Assembly (NCBI RefSeq): GCF_000143415.4
Contig: NW_003314280.1
Coordinates: forward strand, 62,001 to 126,000
Direction: 5' to 3'
DNA from: Selaginella moellendorffii
Taxonomy: Eukaryota; Plantae; Lycopodiophyta
Length of the DNA: 64,000 nt
A program made the position numbers and the translations under genes. The notes under the pieces are model-generated. The model was not told the DNA's origin, made no database searches, and worked only from the letters and a program-made list of their open reading frames with translations. Of the stretch, positions 63,701-64,000 are shown piece after piece (position 1 is the stretch's first letter; each line of letters starts with the position of its first letter).

Positions 63701-64000
63701 TCCTGCTAGCTGCATGCATGCCTCTATCAGTAACTGAACATGCATACAACATTCTTACCGAATGGTGCTATCCAGCTAATCCTACACAGGTCGCTTCGGA
63801 TCTACTAGAAAAGTCTCTGCGTATGCAACTTGAGTCAGAAAATCCGACAAAAGTTGGATAGGAATCGCTGAGACAATTCCTCTGATACCAAATGTAGCGC
63901 ACCTGAATTTGGAGCCGAACTCCAAGCCCGTTGCGCTATGAAACGAGGGTCCGGTACAATCCCACGAGCACTAGCTCCCCGTATCCAGCACCTGCACGCA
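57788..64000 (-). mobile_element. Chromovirus A3 (A family); 5' LTR runs off the window
   Basis: 3' LTR 57788-58709, PPT complement from 58710, PBS complement ending ~63890, 5' LTR from 63893. Confidence 0.95.
59317..63701 (-). pseudogene. gag-pol: A3 gag-pol with stops, RT YIDN and a 331-bp integrase deletion
   Basis: ORF track pieces are near-identical to A1. Chromodomain YEVESIL...YLVKWKGY. Deletion junction at ~60300. Confidence 0.95.

Noticed and set aside
13580-63701. A1 and A3 complementing each other in trans
   Set aside because: Both have multiple stops and a disabled RT (frameshift in A1, YIDN in A3).

Overview
Gene-free plant heterochromatin (probably a non-seed vascular plant such as a fern or lycophyte; inference) made almost entirely of nested retrotransposons, with many C>T/G>A changes typical of methylated DNA. 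Family names below are my own labels. A: Ty3/Gypsy chromovirus with a group-I chromodomain (A1 12460-19790 +, TSD GGACT; A3 57788->64000 -; A2 stub 39096-40268). C: non-coding LARD-type relative of A (22837-30096 -, TSD GCTCA, plus relics). B: non-coding LARD with ~1.5 kb LTRs that contain a hexamer array (11836-34603 +, plus minus-strand copies at 40269-55228). Also present: a 5S-bearing Cassandra TRIM (21842-22553), a 394-bp TRIM (32969-33362, older copy ~8444-8773), a tRNA-Arg-primed non-chromovirus Gypsy E with extra ORFs (40988-50578 -), Gypsy fragments F and G, a Helitron PIF1 helicase relic and a SWIM-finger pseudogene. No intact protein-coding gene was seen. Four observations stand out: (1) a 300-bp TATA-containing segment of the E 5' LTR is exactly inverted between 9-bp inverted repeats; (2) the Cassandra internal domain aligns with the 5' leader of family B; (3) a covarying hairpin lies before the PPT in five families; (4) the A/C and B LTRs share collinear motif blocks. 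All alignments were done by eye.
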